Assembly: GCF_001194135.2 (NCBI RefSeq)
Contig: NC_068990.1
Coordinates: forward strand, 92,812,965-92,876,964
Source of the DNA: Octopus bimaculoides
Taxonomy: Eukaryota
Length of the DNA stretch: 64,000 nucleotides
Direction: 5' to 3'
Part shown: positions 63,792 through 64,000 of the stretch, piece after piece
How the letters are laid out: each line of letters opens with the position of its first letter
Position numbering within the stretch: the stretch's first letter is position 1
Notes under the pieces: model-generated
What the model was told of the DNA's origin: nothing
What the model saw: the letters and a program-made list of their open reading frames with translations, nothing else
The model's database searches: none
Position numbers and translations under genes: made by a program

Positions 63792-64000
63792 CATCATCAT
63801 CATCATCGTTTAACGTCCGCTTTCCATGCTAGCATGGGTTGGACGATTTGACTGAGGACTGGTGAAACCGGATGGCAACACCAGGCTCCAGTCTGATTTG
63901 GCAGAGTTTCTACAGCTGGATGCCCTTCCTAACGCCAACCACTCAGAGAGTGTAGTGGGTGCTTTTACGTGTCACCCGCACGAAAACGGCCACGCTCGAA
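63792..64000 (-). mobile_element. Young RTE-tail subfamily copy
   Basis: Nearly identical to 10179-10420 and 11139-11208. Confidence 0.85.

Overview
Eukaryotic, AT-rich, repeat-dense genomic DNA. Its repeat families and intron-rich genes point to a coleoid cephalopod, most likely Octopus (inference). Manual splice-phase reconstruction gives four tightly packed genes: (1) the last 4 coding exons of a class I eIF4E (+, 5356-6338); (2) a complete HEATR1/UTP10 gene (-, 44 coding exons, 6345 nt, 2114 aa, 50466->8106, plus a probable non-coding exon 1 near 52.8 kb); (3) MRPS18B (+, 54058-58240; the first coding exon probably lies in the 625-N gap); (4) the last 7 exons of TSC1/hamartin (-, 63629->58409). 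Introns carry RTE-LINE 3' ends, several tRNA-derived SINE families, piggyBac-type and Merlin-like MITEs, a mariner remnant and micro/minisatellites. The most unusual observation is a roughly 230-300 nt repeat family that joins a tRNA-like Pol III head to a minimal hammerhead-ribozyme core. It occurs as a head-to-tail dimer (215-nt period) and as an inverted pair, suggesting a Penelope-type or retrozyme-like SINE. Also notable: a 559-bp foldback MITE with an 8-bp TSD and central telomeric repeats in HEATR1 intron 1, a Myc-type E-box at the HEATR1 5' end, a cluster of four growth/translation genes, and only 168 bp between the MRPS18B and TSC1 stop codons. Repeat boundaries are approximate, and all homology calls are from memory, not from searches.
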